A stretch of DNA of 39,374 bases from a virus (Duplodnaviria > Caudoviricetes): IMG/VR virus record IMGVR_UViG_3300050196_000164, positions 1 to 39,374 of that record; one strand, written 5' to 3'. Of the stretch, positions 27,601 to 33,198 are shown in pieces. The notes beneath the pieces were generated by a model that saw only the letters and a program-made list of their open reading frames with translations, was not told the origin of the DNA and ran no database searches. Position 1 is the stretch's first letter. The number at the start of each line of letters is the position of its first letter. Both the position numbers and the translations under genes were made by a program.

Positions 27601-29446
27601 GGTGGCGGCGAAGCGCCTGGCTGCGGAGTTCCCCGACACCACGATCAGCCGCGGCATCGTCAGCGAGGAGGAATGGCGCCTGTTCAAGGGTTTGAGCCCT
27701 GCCACCATGGAGATCTTCACGGATCTGGCCGGCCTGGCGGATAGCGACCTGGCGCAGACGTGGATCAAGGCTGCAACCACGAACCGCAGCGCACTGCGCC
27801 GCCACCTGCACCGGCAGGGCATTGCCGGCTTCAGTGAGGACGTATCGCGCACCCTGGCCGCGTTCATCACCAGCAACGCCCGGGCCACGTCTGGCGGCGT
27901 GCACCTGGGCGAGTTGGAGCACTCGATTGCCGAGATCCCCAAGCGCATGGGCGACGTGAAAGACGAGGCGGTGAAGCTGCGCGACTACGTGCAGAACCCG
28001 CAGGACGAGGCGCAGACCCTGCGCGGCCTGCTGTTCACCTCGTTCCTGGGCGGCAGCGTGGCATCCGCGGCGATCAACCTGACGCAGCCGATCACCATGA
28101 CCTTGCCTTACCTGAGCCAGTGGGGCGGGGTGGCCAAGGCCGGCGCCCGCATGGCGGCGGCCGTGCGCGACGCCCTGCGCACGCCGACCGAGCCGGGTCT
28201 GGTGGCGGCGATGAAGAAGGCCAGCGAGCGGGGCATCATCAGCCCGCAGGAAATCCACCAGTTGCAGGCCGAGGTGACGCGCAACCTGGCGAACACCCCG
28301 AAGATGCGCAAACTGGCGTTCGCCTGGGGCGCCATGTTCAGCCTGGCCGAGCAGTTCAACCGGCGATCGACGTTCATTGCCGCCTACCGCACGGCCGTGG
28401 CCGAGAACATGCCCGACCCCATGGCCTTCGCTGAAAGGGCGGTGGAGGAAACGCAGGGCATCTACTCGAAAGCGAACCGGCCCAACTGGGCGCGTGGCGC
28501 GATCGGCGCGACTGTCTTCACCTTCAAGCAATACAGCATCAGCTACCTCGAAATGCTGGCCCGCATGTGGAACGCCGGTGCACCAGGCTCAGAGCAGCGC
28601 GCGGCCGGCCGCAAGGCGGTGGGCGTGGCGCTGGCGACCTTGATCCTGCTGGCCGGTGGCAACGGCCTGCCGTTCGCTGACGATGTGGATGACCTGATCG
28701 ACACGATGGGCCAGCAGTTCGGCTATGCGACCAACGGCAAGCGGTGGCGCGATCACCTCCTGCGCGAGGTGCTGGGCGACACGGCGGCCGAGTTCGCGCA
28801 GCACGGTGTGTCGTCGGTCCTGCCGTTCGACGTGGCCGGCCGCTTCAGCATGGGCAACCTGATCCCGGCCACGGGCATCATGCGCCGCGACAACGCCAGC
28901 AGCACCTCGGAAATCATGGAGGCAATTGGCCCAGTGGGGCAGCTTGCCCAGGGTTCGGCCCGCATGGCGGGCGCCCTGCTGCACGGCGACGTAGTGGGCG
29001 CGCTGCGCGCCAGTCCGGTGACCACGGCGAAGAACCTGGCCCAGGCCGGCGACATGCTGGCCACCGGCGCCTATCGCGATGGCCGGGGCCGCAAGGTGGT
29101 TGATGCCTCGTTCTCCGATGCGGTGTTCAAGGCGATCGGATTCCAGCCCGAGGCGGTGGCGTCTGAACAGCGCAGCGTGGGCATGAAGCAGCAGGACATC
29201 AACCTCGCGCGAATCACCGAATCGGAAATCGCCAGTCAGTGGGCTGAAGCGGTGTTCAAGAAGGATGCCGACGGGGTGCAGGCGGCGCGCGATCGGGTCA
29301 AGGCCTGGAACGAGAAGAACCCTGAACTGGCTATCAAGATCACCGCTCAGCAAATTGTGTCAAGGGTGCGTCAGATGAATATCGATCGTTCGGAGCGTCA
29401 GATGAAGGCCACACCGAAAGAACTACGTCGTTCGCTTGAAACCTGA
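15692..29446 (+). CDS. Giant DarB-like large polyvalent virion protein (InPase-like, N6-adenine methylase, SNF2 helicase, zincin-like, ART-like, PLxRFG)
   Basis: 4584-aa uninterrupted frame. Motifs: 'EAGNYPKGH..ISIENPQGS..HYGY..DGDHSDVF' (~17.8-18.25 kb); 'AHYT', 'LEPSIGIGNF', 'IGNWPF' (~20.2-21.2 kb); 'HEVGTGKT', 'VDEAH', 'TGTP', 'QRNGRGHRQGN' (~22.5-24.3 kb); 'HEALGH..AAEE' (~25.6-25.9 kb); 'FRKWFGDSK..PLVVYHGT' (~26.06-26.65 kb); 'YAPLMRFG' (~27.5 kb). Start could be ATG 15701. Confidence 0.9.
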   Translation: MSPMAKKTSARMPAKYLTDPAPDLNFQALEDFAFAPAPPPEPKRTLGSTLADVGISALKGAIGVPEAAVGLADAVTGGQVGKILENEGGMVGFRPKQARMMLEDQYSEPQKQAFRKVQDAHGIVDTTVAALQNPSVLAHSVIESVPSIGAGGVVGRGAVALAPRLGAAGAGAIGEGVVSAGQTAEQIRQASPDGTMSLEQGAIALGSGALTGALSLLGGRVAKSLGIHDVDTMVATAARSPEVSKGVVRRVLEGAASEGLLEELPQSVQEQVAQNYATGKPLDEGVDQAAVLGTLTGGAMGAAANVMSGRGHAPQPMGMPPVGTIMPPPPAAPVAPPAGPMGRAVQAGQAVGAVPPNVVPGARMAPAAPAAPAAPVAPPPNTNPATGEILAPTEVPTTDGPDGSQRGTFATEQEARDYISAARRKPRNAAIQAEPVQQEDGRWTLALPGEPGHSKQEAQATTPLAPREDTDILTASGKPFATMGSARAKAGQLGPDHQPVAVDGGFVVRKNGSVSNANSATQAGPTDAAGVAGSASDGEGGDVAGGVAPVGADRGQAPTSEAPDDGTGQAVPVADAGGQGRDGALKHKLPADLTGAKPRYNYGGKAFTLKFEDDADRAAYITAQNTPSKRDADYLGFAREATGLDDAGVRAHGAKVRDAIKAMAKDADAGELTVPSMAQAKPPVHTPIDAAAHQAAPSPHNDLREPTEAEKEAGNYPKGHMRLAGMDISIENPQGSVRRGVSPDGKAWENTLHAHYGYVKGTLASDGDHSDVFVKQGTSEDWAGTAYVIDQVDPKTGKFDEHKTVLGVDSEQEAREIYLKNYEPGWKGLGAITALPVASYKSWVADGVKDKPLGDIGKKSDGATPPAAKGEPTDQGAKHGEEERRQETLLSGEAQPGEGTTKAAPTHPTIEHVTGKGKTLRGIVRTDLNEKQAREIDSGTFRKNGGWFLRQERYDAHEASTSAQGDQAPKAEASDGGERPSGTAGVPGTGGAQVQADGVKSSDQTPALSSADLMKERIKKDSAARKAAEAAGNAAYQAGDDRRPPDSMEKPSEREAWLKGYDTAAPVEKAPKPASAPIAGGSGARVWDESNPENRRLLLKDAGYTDADQARGLSGTAWNQLTDPVRTALLASHGRRNPAPTNAPPSPAAAAVGEKDKDGNTIIGRRTDGTMIRTDKNGVRWYAKDGARIFERVEMRPTREGVQVAKGVLTPEFMTAEEEAAQAPKPAPVVSENKIFTEDAAAKARELLRRKLSGSQLNSGIDPEILQAGITLAGYHIEKGARTFAAYAKAMVGDLGDSVKPYLKSWYMGVKYDPRAADFAGMSSAAEVESASLDVGDEAPAGPVEPGTAKADNGGLEASTDEQRTTDQLGEGDQGQGRGAAGRRGSPAQQPDAQEHPGDLAEGKPADVGEPDLFGGDGSTGDGGAGGNVGPAGRTSPQRDAGDGRPRGGRAGVPDAGARGRGRGKGKQAERAAKPAPVDPKTVSPANTGPADFVIADPMRIVGGGQVARFDKNKAAIELRNALIEAGRKPTREEQEVLAGYTGWGSFGQELFKGTWDKPNPKEGWQARDAWLRDNLGRSEWAGLQTSIINAHYTDPPTVLAMWNMVQRMGFTGGRMLEPSIGIGNFYGMTPVEIAARSQRAGIELDEVTGSMAQMLYPQANIQIKGYEKSTTPDNFYDLVIGNWPFSEISPADRRYNRLSPTLHDYFFLKAIDQTRPGGLIVGITTKGTMDKKGVGARMEMARKAELVAAFRLPSGAFEEYAGTKVVTDIIILRKREKPLGMVDQEGWIEVRDHDTPEGTKVPVNEYFHRNPKHVIGTIDYGHGTTTFRPGLIVNRPADMMGELSRIVDLVPEGVYQASTTTKHISYVANHTSDRTNALVKTENGFFVVAGEYLAPADEVVKYTVKDKAKTEKREAELGALIDMRRLYGALIDAERAGDADGQRKALREAYHAFVVTHGALTDSFGLGYLRRIDDPFYPALAALELKGEGGAYRPAAILTASTMRGAPSMKEPSISDAFVLSRNESVNPTPARIAEIAGKSEEEVKSALIEAGAVFEQPNGDFTPSDIYLSGNVREKMREAKNALAEGNQAMQRNIDALEKVMPPDVPYYKIETQMGATWVPSQAYADFIAHALGMDSSAGIEVSFKGGAWAINFDSALNSRPQARSGFGTEHVPFKRLVRAAIANQTINVKRKDSDGVEFIDEEASNEVNVRIADMRTKFGEWLWQDPTRCVQLEAEYNDVRNAYATPIFDGSFLGFQGMSLSLGRGPFNLREHQANAIWRAIVTRKSLNAHEVGTGKTFTMGGIAVESRRYGIAKKPMLFAHNANSKSVAHEIQMMYPAAKVLYVDNLNKENLKTRMMQIANDDWDVVVMPHSVIDNIGFKEETLMAMAQEELLELAVAAEEAADEDNVTITSGMWEDEKELNKLRSVTAKQLVKQRLKIITTIQKLAMRASKDGSVSFEDMGVDMILVDEAHEFKKPPIATKMKMKGLQTQTSNRSIAMMFLAKYVRSMNNGRNVHLFTGTPITNTLTEVFHMMRYMMQEEMKEAGLSDWDGWFGSFAREVNDVELTPTGEYEAVTRLQEFINVPELRRMIGQYMDVVFADDMPEMQPREVNGKKLSDKTLTEAERAELLNGRTENAQDRPYKKVVNKSSDMTPDQMEVFKRVQGYAKRWKSMSRKDRKQAMLSGSPESPIVHEGIAAKASFDVRLVEAIENAGKEGTPEMAPHPNSKPARVLNNLLEIYHGDQRTTQVVFMEQGMSQSVTRSMGPVGQKRDVRFPAFSTVVDMIERLVQAGVPRDQIALVNGSTTKDERKVVADKMNEGSIRIVFGSTDSLGVGVNMQRNLRAMHHIDAPWMPGELEQRNGRGHRQGNQWNTVLEYRYLTDRLDGRRWQVLAIKQRFITNFMKFKGDLRVIEVDSDSEEGGDILSTFSEAAGDPRILVREKLKKKIEQLRSRERIHGQAVADALRTVDSAKQSAASARRKLQDLQEQGIKAKLSALIDAQAGNGFRMTLGDLTFTDRAEAAEQAPVWMAGHLRLGQEITEVGTFGGEPLYALWHRYSNRPDFRLMISGQTIESNGDSVRSLEAQLRNRRDDVESDQESVILRADERRQHAEKVSQEPFHLIDQLVKLTKQLKDLEQDIAVNPVAPPYWLRNGAPIDTELFRDGQSFVVTGHRWTDDGWFVLARDEKGETVIPYMQAQDAQGMPLYEEHEFEPPTVDTESSVPTKPGDAPAMSRSGAAPQGLSADTVRAEAARIAQHWAGAPEIITVRSMQDAAVPDAIRSEDARQRSQGATGNPEGFYFAGKVYLVAPELPTADDVRRVLFHEALGHAGLRGVYGKGLADILDQLAAARAPEVKAKAQAYGLKWEVLEDRRAAAEEVLAELAQTAPTLGFVRRAVAAVRTWLREHGFSGLRLTDDEIIRSHILPARAFVTGGRGAGAGAAVAFSRKDGTDQTNTEAFRKWFGDSKVMDTDGRPLVVYHGTPADFDAFDAKKLGANTGHSTAGLGFFFSADPGITGMFTEKLDMTVWPYKSGHIDGANTMPVYLSIKNPKVMTATEFRLMAQVGGRAGNTSGAKMVAADVKALRNPSILQRAFGTNYDGVLIQGDATLADAMGAAEWAADTWVAFQPEQIKSAIGNSGAFDPTNPDIRYSRSNLAATVRQAVVDRIEGLKEPTVKSLNWWHKSVGTQYQKARDNSYFRRTFNAAQSYIDDTAFFANTAADKAPGLLPRLETLGDLKKRLALDPSDEKAVSAAVFTGTLTDQRVYDLAELRSRFGMNDRQIGLYHQFREAVDLSLDQLVAGEVVRFLGTHMDDLPPQLRLMVADGRLAEFERVTKEALQEVRAKADEDLADVRRRIRNEMGSLNRRQKKALEGPGGRAGSRLATLEKFDKERAELKLRQGGELYRAKERFDLWDSMVRDVGGKYEQIEKLKGEGYAPLMRFGQFTVDVVDEEGERVYFGMYESEHDAKVAAKRLAAEFPDTTISRGIVSEEEWRLFKGLSPATMEIFTDLAGLADSDLAQTWIKAATTNRSALRRHLHRQGIAGFSEDVSRTLAAFITSNARATSGGVHLGELEHSIAEIPKRMGDVKDEAVKLRDYVQNPQDEAQTLRGLLFTSFLGGSVASAAINLTQPITMTLPYLSQWGGVAKAGARMAAAVRDALRTPTEPGLVAAMKKASERGIISPQEIHQLQAEVTRNLANTPKMRKLAFAWGAMFSLAEQFNRRSTFIAAYRTAVAENMPDPMAFAERAVEETQGIYSKANRPNWARGAIGATVFTFKQYSISYLEMLARMWNAGAPGSEQRAAGRKAVGVALATLILLAGGNGLPFADDVDDLIDTMGQQFGYATNGKRWRDHLLREVLGDTAAEFAQHGVSSVLPFDVAGRFSMGNLIPATGIMRRDNASSTSEIMEAIGPVGQLAQGSARMAGALLHGDVVGALRASPVTTAKNLAQAGDMLATGAYRDGRGRKVVDASFSDAVFKAIGFQPEAVASEQRSVGMKQQDINLARITESEIASQWAEAVFKKDADGVQAARDRVKAWNEKNPELAIKITAQQIVSRVRQMNIDRSERQMKATPKELRRSLET
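17238..17447 (+). CDS. Nested +1-frame ORF A (69 aa) inside the giant gene
   Basis: GGGAG SD 17225-29; globular-looking translation (MPTVPPK..LPEWLVQPVTEKVVTLQEAWHL..LGKLYLW); host-frame codons switch to A/T-ending here. Confidence 0.65.
   Translation: MPTVPPKQDRRMLPEWLVQPVTEKVVTLQEAWHLSALIEDKRRPPKHLMTALGKLYLWLMQADKGETVH
18327..18362 (+). CDS. Nested +1-frame micropeptide B (MAKKNGGKKRC)
   Basis: AAGGAG at 18315-20, 6-nt spacer, ATG 18327; same +1 frame; local A-ending host codons. Confidence 0.45.
   Translation: MAKKNGGKKRC
18615..18689 (+). CDS. Nested +1-frame peptide C (MEANDRPELLEFPEPEAPRFKPMG)
   Basis: GAGG at 18605-08; host codons here are mostly A/T-ending (gga gaa cga act gct gtt caa gat); start uncertain. 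Confidence 0.4.
   Translation: MEANDRPELLEFPEPEAPRFKPMG
19722..19750 (+). promoter_or_regulatory. Putative internal sigma70 promoter for nested ORF D
   Basis: TTGAAC (19722-27), 17-nt spacer, GACAAT (19745-50), followed by GGAGG (19759-63) and ATG 19773. Confidence 0.55.
19773..20126 (+). CDS. Nested +1-frame ORF D (117 aa, TnpV-like pattern)
   Basis: Strong SD and promoter; amphipathic helical translation 'ATWQRESPRMWASLTSSG..LLRSGMPVTDAREVAERECLMLEPE'; the host frame here is a low-complexity G/D/R/Q linker with A/T-ending codons. Confidence 0.75.
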   Translation: MSNALPTNWVKAIKAKAAALLDDEDHLHNNLMHKSILATWQRESPRMWASLTSSGVTEALATVAQAEMWDRQDELLRSGMPVTDAREVAERECLMLEPEDEDEARASKLSALQSLPL

Positions 29447-29512
29447 CATTTCTTAATATCGCTGTTCGCCTGTAACGGCTGTAAGAAAAATGATTACTGG
29501 GAGGCAGTGGAT

Positions 29513-29899
29513 ATGCAGTATCTGGAGTTCGGGAAGGGGGCCAGCACCCCTATGGGACTCGCGTTGGAAGCAACGCGGGACATGCTGTTGGTCCGCGTGT
29601 CAGGGCGCATCACCGTGAGGGAGTGCAATGATCTGGCCGCATCTGTCACCCACACGTGGGACATGGTGCGGGCCCGGGTCATCGTGCTGGATCTGGAAAA
29701 GGCCACGATCGATGGCGCCGCAACGGCGGCCGTACTGGCGGGGTGCATCGGTTGGTTGCCGCTGGTGCCCCTGTTGGTGGCATCCGCCGACTATGGTGCG
29801 CTGCTGGCCCAGCAGTGGCACCGCGCCGCGCCGATCGAGCATTACGAGACAGCCGAGACGGCCCTGGCCGTGGCTGTGGCCTGCTACCTGATCGGGTGA
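29513..29899 (+). CDS. STAS-like domain protein (moron candidate)
   Basis: GGAGG then ATG 29513; 'LLVRVSGRIT....RVIVLDLEKATIDGAATAAVL' resembles the STAS/anti-anti-sigma fold; AT-rich upstream region. Confidence 0.55.
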   Translation: MQYLEFGKGASTPMGLALEATRDMLLVRVSGRITVRECNDLAASVTHTWDMVRARVIVLDLEKATIDGAATAAVLAGCIGWLPLVPLLVASADYGALLAQQWHRAAPIEHYETAETALAVAVACYLIG

Positions 29900-29902
29900 G
29901 TT

Positions 29903-30148
29903 TTACTTGCAGCGGAAGAACAGCGTGCGGCGCACGCTATCCTCTACCACCAGGCCCTCGCGGTCGACCACGTTGATGCCGCCCGGGCAGACTTTGGCCG
30001 CGGCCTCGTAGCACTGGCCCCAGTCCTGCACGGTGCCGTTGCAATTCACCTTCTGACCGATGGAGCCATCGGCCAGGGTGGTCGGCTTGGGAGTGGATGC
30101 GCAGCCGGCCAGAACGGCGACGGCTGCGGCAGCGATGGTCTTGTGCAT
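29903..30148 (-). CDS. Small lipoprotein
   Basis: Signal peptide MHKTIAAAAVAVLAG-C (lipobox), AGGAGG SD, four further Cys in the mature part. Confidence 0.75.
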   Translation of the reverse strand: MHKTIAAAAVAVLAGCASTPKPTTLADGSIGQKVNCNGTVQDWGQCYEAAAKVCPGGINVVDREGLVVEDSVRRTLFFRCK

Positions 30149-30232
30149 GCGTTCCTCCTGGGCCTGATGGCCTCGCGGCGCATTCTCACATCGCTTTGAG
30201 CGCGTTTTCCCCCTATCCCTAGGGTGGGTGGC

Positions 30233-30691
30233 TCAAAAGGCGCCCGGGGCCACTTGGAAGCAGGCGATGCCGTTGGCGCGCCACATGGCCACCATGCTGT
30301 CACAGTCATCGAACACCGCCACGAGGCGCTGACGATCGACGGGCGACAACTCGTTGAGCCAGGACAACTTGAGCTCGTGGTCGGGCCGGTGGTCGGCCGC
30401 GGGGCGCATGCGCGTGATGCTGCGGATCTCGTCGGGCTTCATGCCCACGTGCGTGCTCAGCCACTTCACGGTCTGGCTGGCCACTTCGTCGGAGCGGCCC
30501 GACCAGATGAAGATCTGCCCCATCATGGCCAGGGCCTGCATGGTCTGGATGACCGGCTTGTTCGGCACGTCATCGACGCAGGCCGCGAAGAAGCGGCGCC
30601 ACTTGTCGGGCTGCGCGCTGGCGAGCAGGTGCTGGCGGTGCTCGTTCAGTGCGAGGGTGCCGTCCAAGTCGAAGATGTAGGCGGGTTTCAT
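30233..30691 (-). CDS. HAD-family phosphatase (PNKP 3'-phosphatase-like)
   Basis: MKPAYIFDLDGTLA (motif I), 'WSGR', 'MRPAADHRPDHELK', 'VFDD', 'CFQVAPGAF'. Confidence 0.85.
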   Translation of the reverse strand: MKPAYIFDLDGTLALNEHRQHLLASAQPDKWRRFFAACVDDVPNKPVIQTMQALAMMGQIFIWSGRSDEVASQTVKWLSTHVGMKPDEIRSITRMRPAADHRPDHELKLSWLNELSPVDRQRLVAVFDDCDSMVAMWRANGIACFQVAPGAF

Positions 30692-30900
30692 TCGGGATGT
30701 CCTTTGCAATGTCCCAGGTGGTTGTGGTGAGTGCAGGCCGGCAGCACGTCCATGCCTTTGGCCTTGAGGATGACCGCGAGCGCGATCCATTCGGTTTCGG
30801 TCAGCACGCGCCCATCAAGCGCGAACACGTGATTGACCATGTGGCGGGCGCCGCCGCAGTGGCTGATCCAGCGCAGTTCGGCGGTGTGGTGGTACTTCAC
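30688..30900 (-). CDS. Hypothetical protein with Cys/His-rich C-terminus
   Basis: GTG 30900 overlaps the upstream stop; ends 'ACTHHNHLGHCKGH'. Confidence 0.45.
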   Translation of the reverse strand: MKYHHTAELRWISHCGGARHMVNHVFALDGRVLTETEWIALAVILKAKGMDVLPACTHHNHLGHCKGHPE

Positions 30901-31256
30901 GGTCGAGGCGCCCAGTCCTCCGGCTTCCACTCTTGCAGGGCCTGCGCGTGTTCCACGGCCGACAGGGGCCACGGGATCACGGCCGCCAAGCAACTTTCGA
31001 TGGATGGATAGCACTCGGCGCCTTCCGGGCCCGCCTTGTCGCGCTGGGCCTGCAGCGCCGGCCGCACCGCCGCGTTGTAGGCAGCCGCGGCGCGCACCGC
31101 TTCCTCGTTGCTGGGCGCCGCGTAGAGGTCATCGGGGCCGGGGATGTGCAGCGCCCACAGGCCGGCCGCGCCGGGCTTGTCCATCGGCTTGTGGCAATAG
31201 GCGCACTTGAGGGCCGGGGCTGCCTCGGCCGGCTTGGGGTCTTCGGTAGTGCTCAT
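30897..31256 (-). CDS. Hypothetical phage early protein
   Basis: ATGA-coupled; contains 'CAYC' and 'LWALHIPGPDDLYAAPS'. Confidence 0.6.
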   Translation of the reverse strand: MSTTEDPKPAEAAPALKCAYCHKPMDKPGAAGLWALHIPGPDDLYAAPSNEEAVRAAAAYNAAVRPALQAQRDKAGPEGAECYPSIESCLAAVIPWPLSAVEHAQALQEWKPEDWAPRP

Positions 31257-31741
31257 GGCTGGTTCCATTCATTGAGGGCACGCTGCACTGCGTGCTGCAT
31301 GCCCATGGCGGTTGCAATGCGGCTCAGACACTCGACAGGGCCTGCCATGCCATCGCACCCGGCCAGGATGGTGCGCACGGCTTCCTCGCCGCTTGACAGG
31401 CGCGGGGCCAAGCCCTTGCTGGCTTCGATCAGCGAGCGCGACAGCCAGCGCATGCGGTCCTTCACGGCGGTCAGGTTCGCGATGTTGGGCGCGAGGTACA
31501 CCCGGTTGGCCAAGTCGTCGTCGGTCAGGTAGCCCATGCACAGCGCGGCGCGCTCGCAGTCGTAGCGCGTGCCGTGCGGGTCTTCCTGGCCCTGGGCGCG
31601 CCAGTCGGCGGCAGGCGTGCCACCAGGCCGGGCCAGATCCCGCAGCAGGCCCACGATGAGGTCACGCTGGGCGGGGGTGTGGGTGTCGGCTGCCAGGTGG
31701 TCAGCCAGGCTCAGCAGTTCGGGGGCGGTGGGCTGGTTCAT
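31253..31741 (-). CDS. Hypothetical phage early protein
   Basis: ATG 31741 coupled to the upstream stop; GC3-biased codons; 'DPHGTRYDCERAAL..LTDDDLAN..KDRMRWLSR'. Confidence 0.6.
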   Translation of the reverse strand: MNQPTAPELLSLADHLAADTHTPAQRDLIVGLLRDLARPGGTPAADWRAQGQEDPHGTRYDCERAALCMGYLTDDDLANRVYLAPNIANLTAVKDRMRWLSRSLIEASKGLAPRLSSGEEAVRTILAGCDGMAGPVECLSRIATAMGMQHAVQRALNEWNQP

Positions 31742-32010
31742 CGCATGATCCAGATTTCGGCCAGGGTGCCGCGGTGGGCAGCGGCGCACTGCTGGGCCCG
31801 GGCCATGTCGAAGAACAGGGCCGCGTTGGGCACCAGGCCGGGCATGGTGGAGCGGTATCCGACCAGTTCCAGGCGTTCTTTGTCGATCGCGCCTTCCAGC
31901 TTGTCAGCGATGGCCCGCAGCGTGTCGGGGTGGACGGGCACCGTGCCCGACGCGGCCGGGTCCGCGGCCCACTCGCGCAGGAGCGCGGGCGTGATGGCGG
32001 GCGTGCTCAC
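31738..32010 (-). CDS. Hypothetical phage early protein
   Basis: GTG 32010 overlaps the upstream TGA; fills the gap in a coupled operon. Confidence 0.5.
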   Translation of the reverse strand: MSTPAITPALLREWAADPAASGTVPVHPDTLRAIADKLEGAIDKERLELVGYRSTMPGLVPNAALFFDMARAQQCAAAHRGTLAEIWIMR

Positions 32011-32471
32011 AGGTCGCATCCCCTGCCCACTGCACCGGGATCGTCGGCCGCAGTGAAGACCTTCCAGTGCATCCAGCCCCAGGGGCAGTGAAAGCCCCAT
32101 TCGCGGTAGCGCGGGCCGGTCACGAACAGGGTCCAGCACGGGCCGTCGGTCAGTTCGATGCGGTGGGCCATGCGGCCAGACGGGCGCACCACGACATCGC
32201 CAGCACGGCGCACCTTGCGGTGGTGGGTGCCACCGGCCGCGATGGTGTGTTCGGTGTAGTTGCCGCGCAGCAGGATTGAACAGTTGGCCCACGGGTGGTC
32301 ATGCAGGGCCTGGTCATCGTCGCTGCGCAGGAAGCAGTGCAGGTACACGTTCAGCACCGGGTTGCGCGGCACGAGGAACCAGCGCAGGAGGTAGGGCCGA
32401 TCATGGCCGCCGATCACGAAGTCGGGCGCCCGGCGCCTGGCGCGGTTGATGAGTCGATCGGCCCAGGTCAT
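32007..32471 (-). CDS. Cupin-like metal-binding protein
   Basis: 'LHDHPW..SILLRGNYTEH', 'HRIEL', 'WTLFVTGPR.REWGF' form a cupin His/Glu pattern. Confidence 0.7.
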   Translation of the reverse strand: MTWADRLINRARRRAPDFVIGGHDRPYLLRWFLVPRNPVLNVYLHCFLRSDDDQALHDHPWANCSILLRGNYTEHTIAAGGTHHRKVRRAGDVVVRPSGRMAHRIELTDGPCWTLFVTGPRYREWGFHCPWGWMHWKVFTAADDPGAVGRGCDL

Positions 32472-32911
32472 GCTGCCCCCCGCGCCGGGCGCACGCTGAT
32501 GGCCGTTTCGTGGTGGCCCATGGCCAGCGGCTTCAGGGGGCGCTGTTCGATGGTCAGCACCAGGCCCTGATCCTCGGCGCGCTGCACGAGGTGGTGGGCC
32601 ATGCCTTCAACGCCGATGGGGCCGTTGCCGCCCGCCACGTAGCCCATGGCGGTTGCGATGGCCTGCCGGATCTCGTTCTGCAACAGCACGTCGGCCGGCC
32701 GGTCGGCCAGCAGCTTGCGGGCGGTGCGGTCGGCATAGTCATCGAAGCTGCGCATCGGCGCGGCGTTCTGGCCTTCTGGTTCCAGGCTGATGCCGTGCAA
32801 GTCGATCGCGCAGCCGCTGAAGGCGTGGGCGTAGCCGGCTGCCATCAGCTTCTCTGCCAGTTCGTTCCAGGCCTCCCGGCTGACCGTGAGGGTTGCGGTG
32901 GTGTAGCTCAT
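32468..32911 (-). CDS. Hypothetical phage protein
   Basis: ATGA-coupled on both sides; C-terminal 'VLTIEQRPLKPLAMGHHETAISVRPAR'. Confidence 0.6.
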   Translation of the reverse strand: MSYTTATLTVSREAWNELAEKLMAAGYAHAFSGCAIDLHGISLEPEGQNAAPMRSFDDYADRTARKLLADRPADVLLQNEIRQAIATAMGYVAGGNGPIGVEGMAHHLVQRAEDQGLVLTIEQRPLKPLAMGHHETAISVRPARGAA

Positions 32912-33123
32912 GCGGACACCGCTTCGGGCTCAGGCCGGCAGGCCATCACGAACAGGGGGAACGTGGCGCCGTGGTCGGTGCTGCACCAGTTGATGCGGGT
33001 CACGTCATCCGGGGCCGTCTCGACCCGCTGGTAGCGAGTGCAATGCTTCTTGCCGTCTGGTGCATCGCAGCACACGCCGAAGCACACCGGGTCACTGGCG
33101 GTTATCGCCTTCACCATCATCAT
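32908..33123 (-). CDS. Small Cys-rich hypothetical protein
   Basis: AAGGAG SD (complement 33130-35) 6 nt before ATG 33123; 'CFGVCC..HCTRY..WC'. Confidence 0.55.
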   Translation of the reverse strand: MMMVKAITASDPVCFGVCCDAPDGKKHCTRYQRVETAPDDVTRINWCSTDHGATFPLFVMACRPEPEAVSA

Positions 33124-33167
33124 CACCGTCTCCTTACGCTGGGGACCAAATTTGGGACCGAATCAGC

Positions 33168-33187
33168 GTAATGTACGGTAATGTACG
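33168..33187. repeat. 10-bp tandem direct repeat (GTAATGTACG x2), candidate Xis/RDF sites
   Basis: Exact repeat with one-helical-turn period between the arm sites and the core. Confidence 0.55.
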
Positions 33188-33198
33188 GATGACCTCAA
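33170..33198 (-). promoter_or_regulatory. Putative leftward sigma70 promoter inside the attP arm
   Basis: On the - strand: TTGAGG (33198-93), 17-nt spacer, TACATT (33175-70); SD and ATG 33123 follow. Confidence 0.5.
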
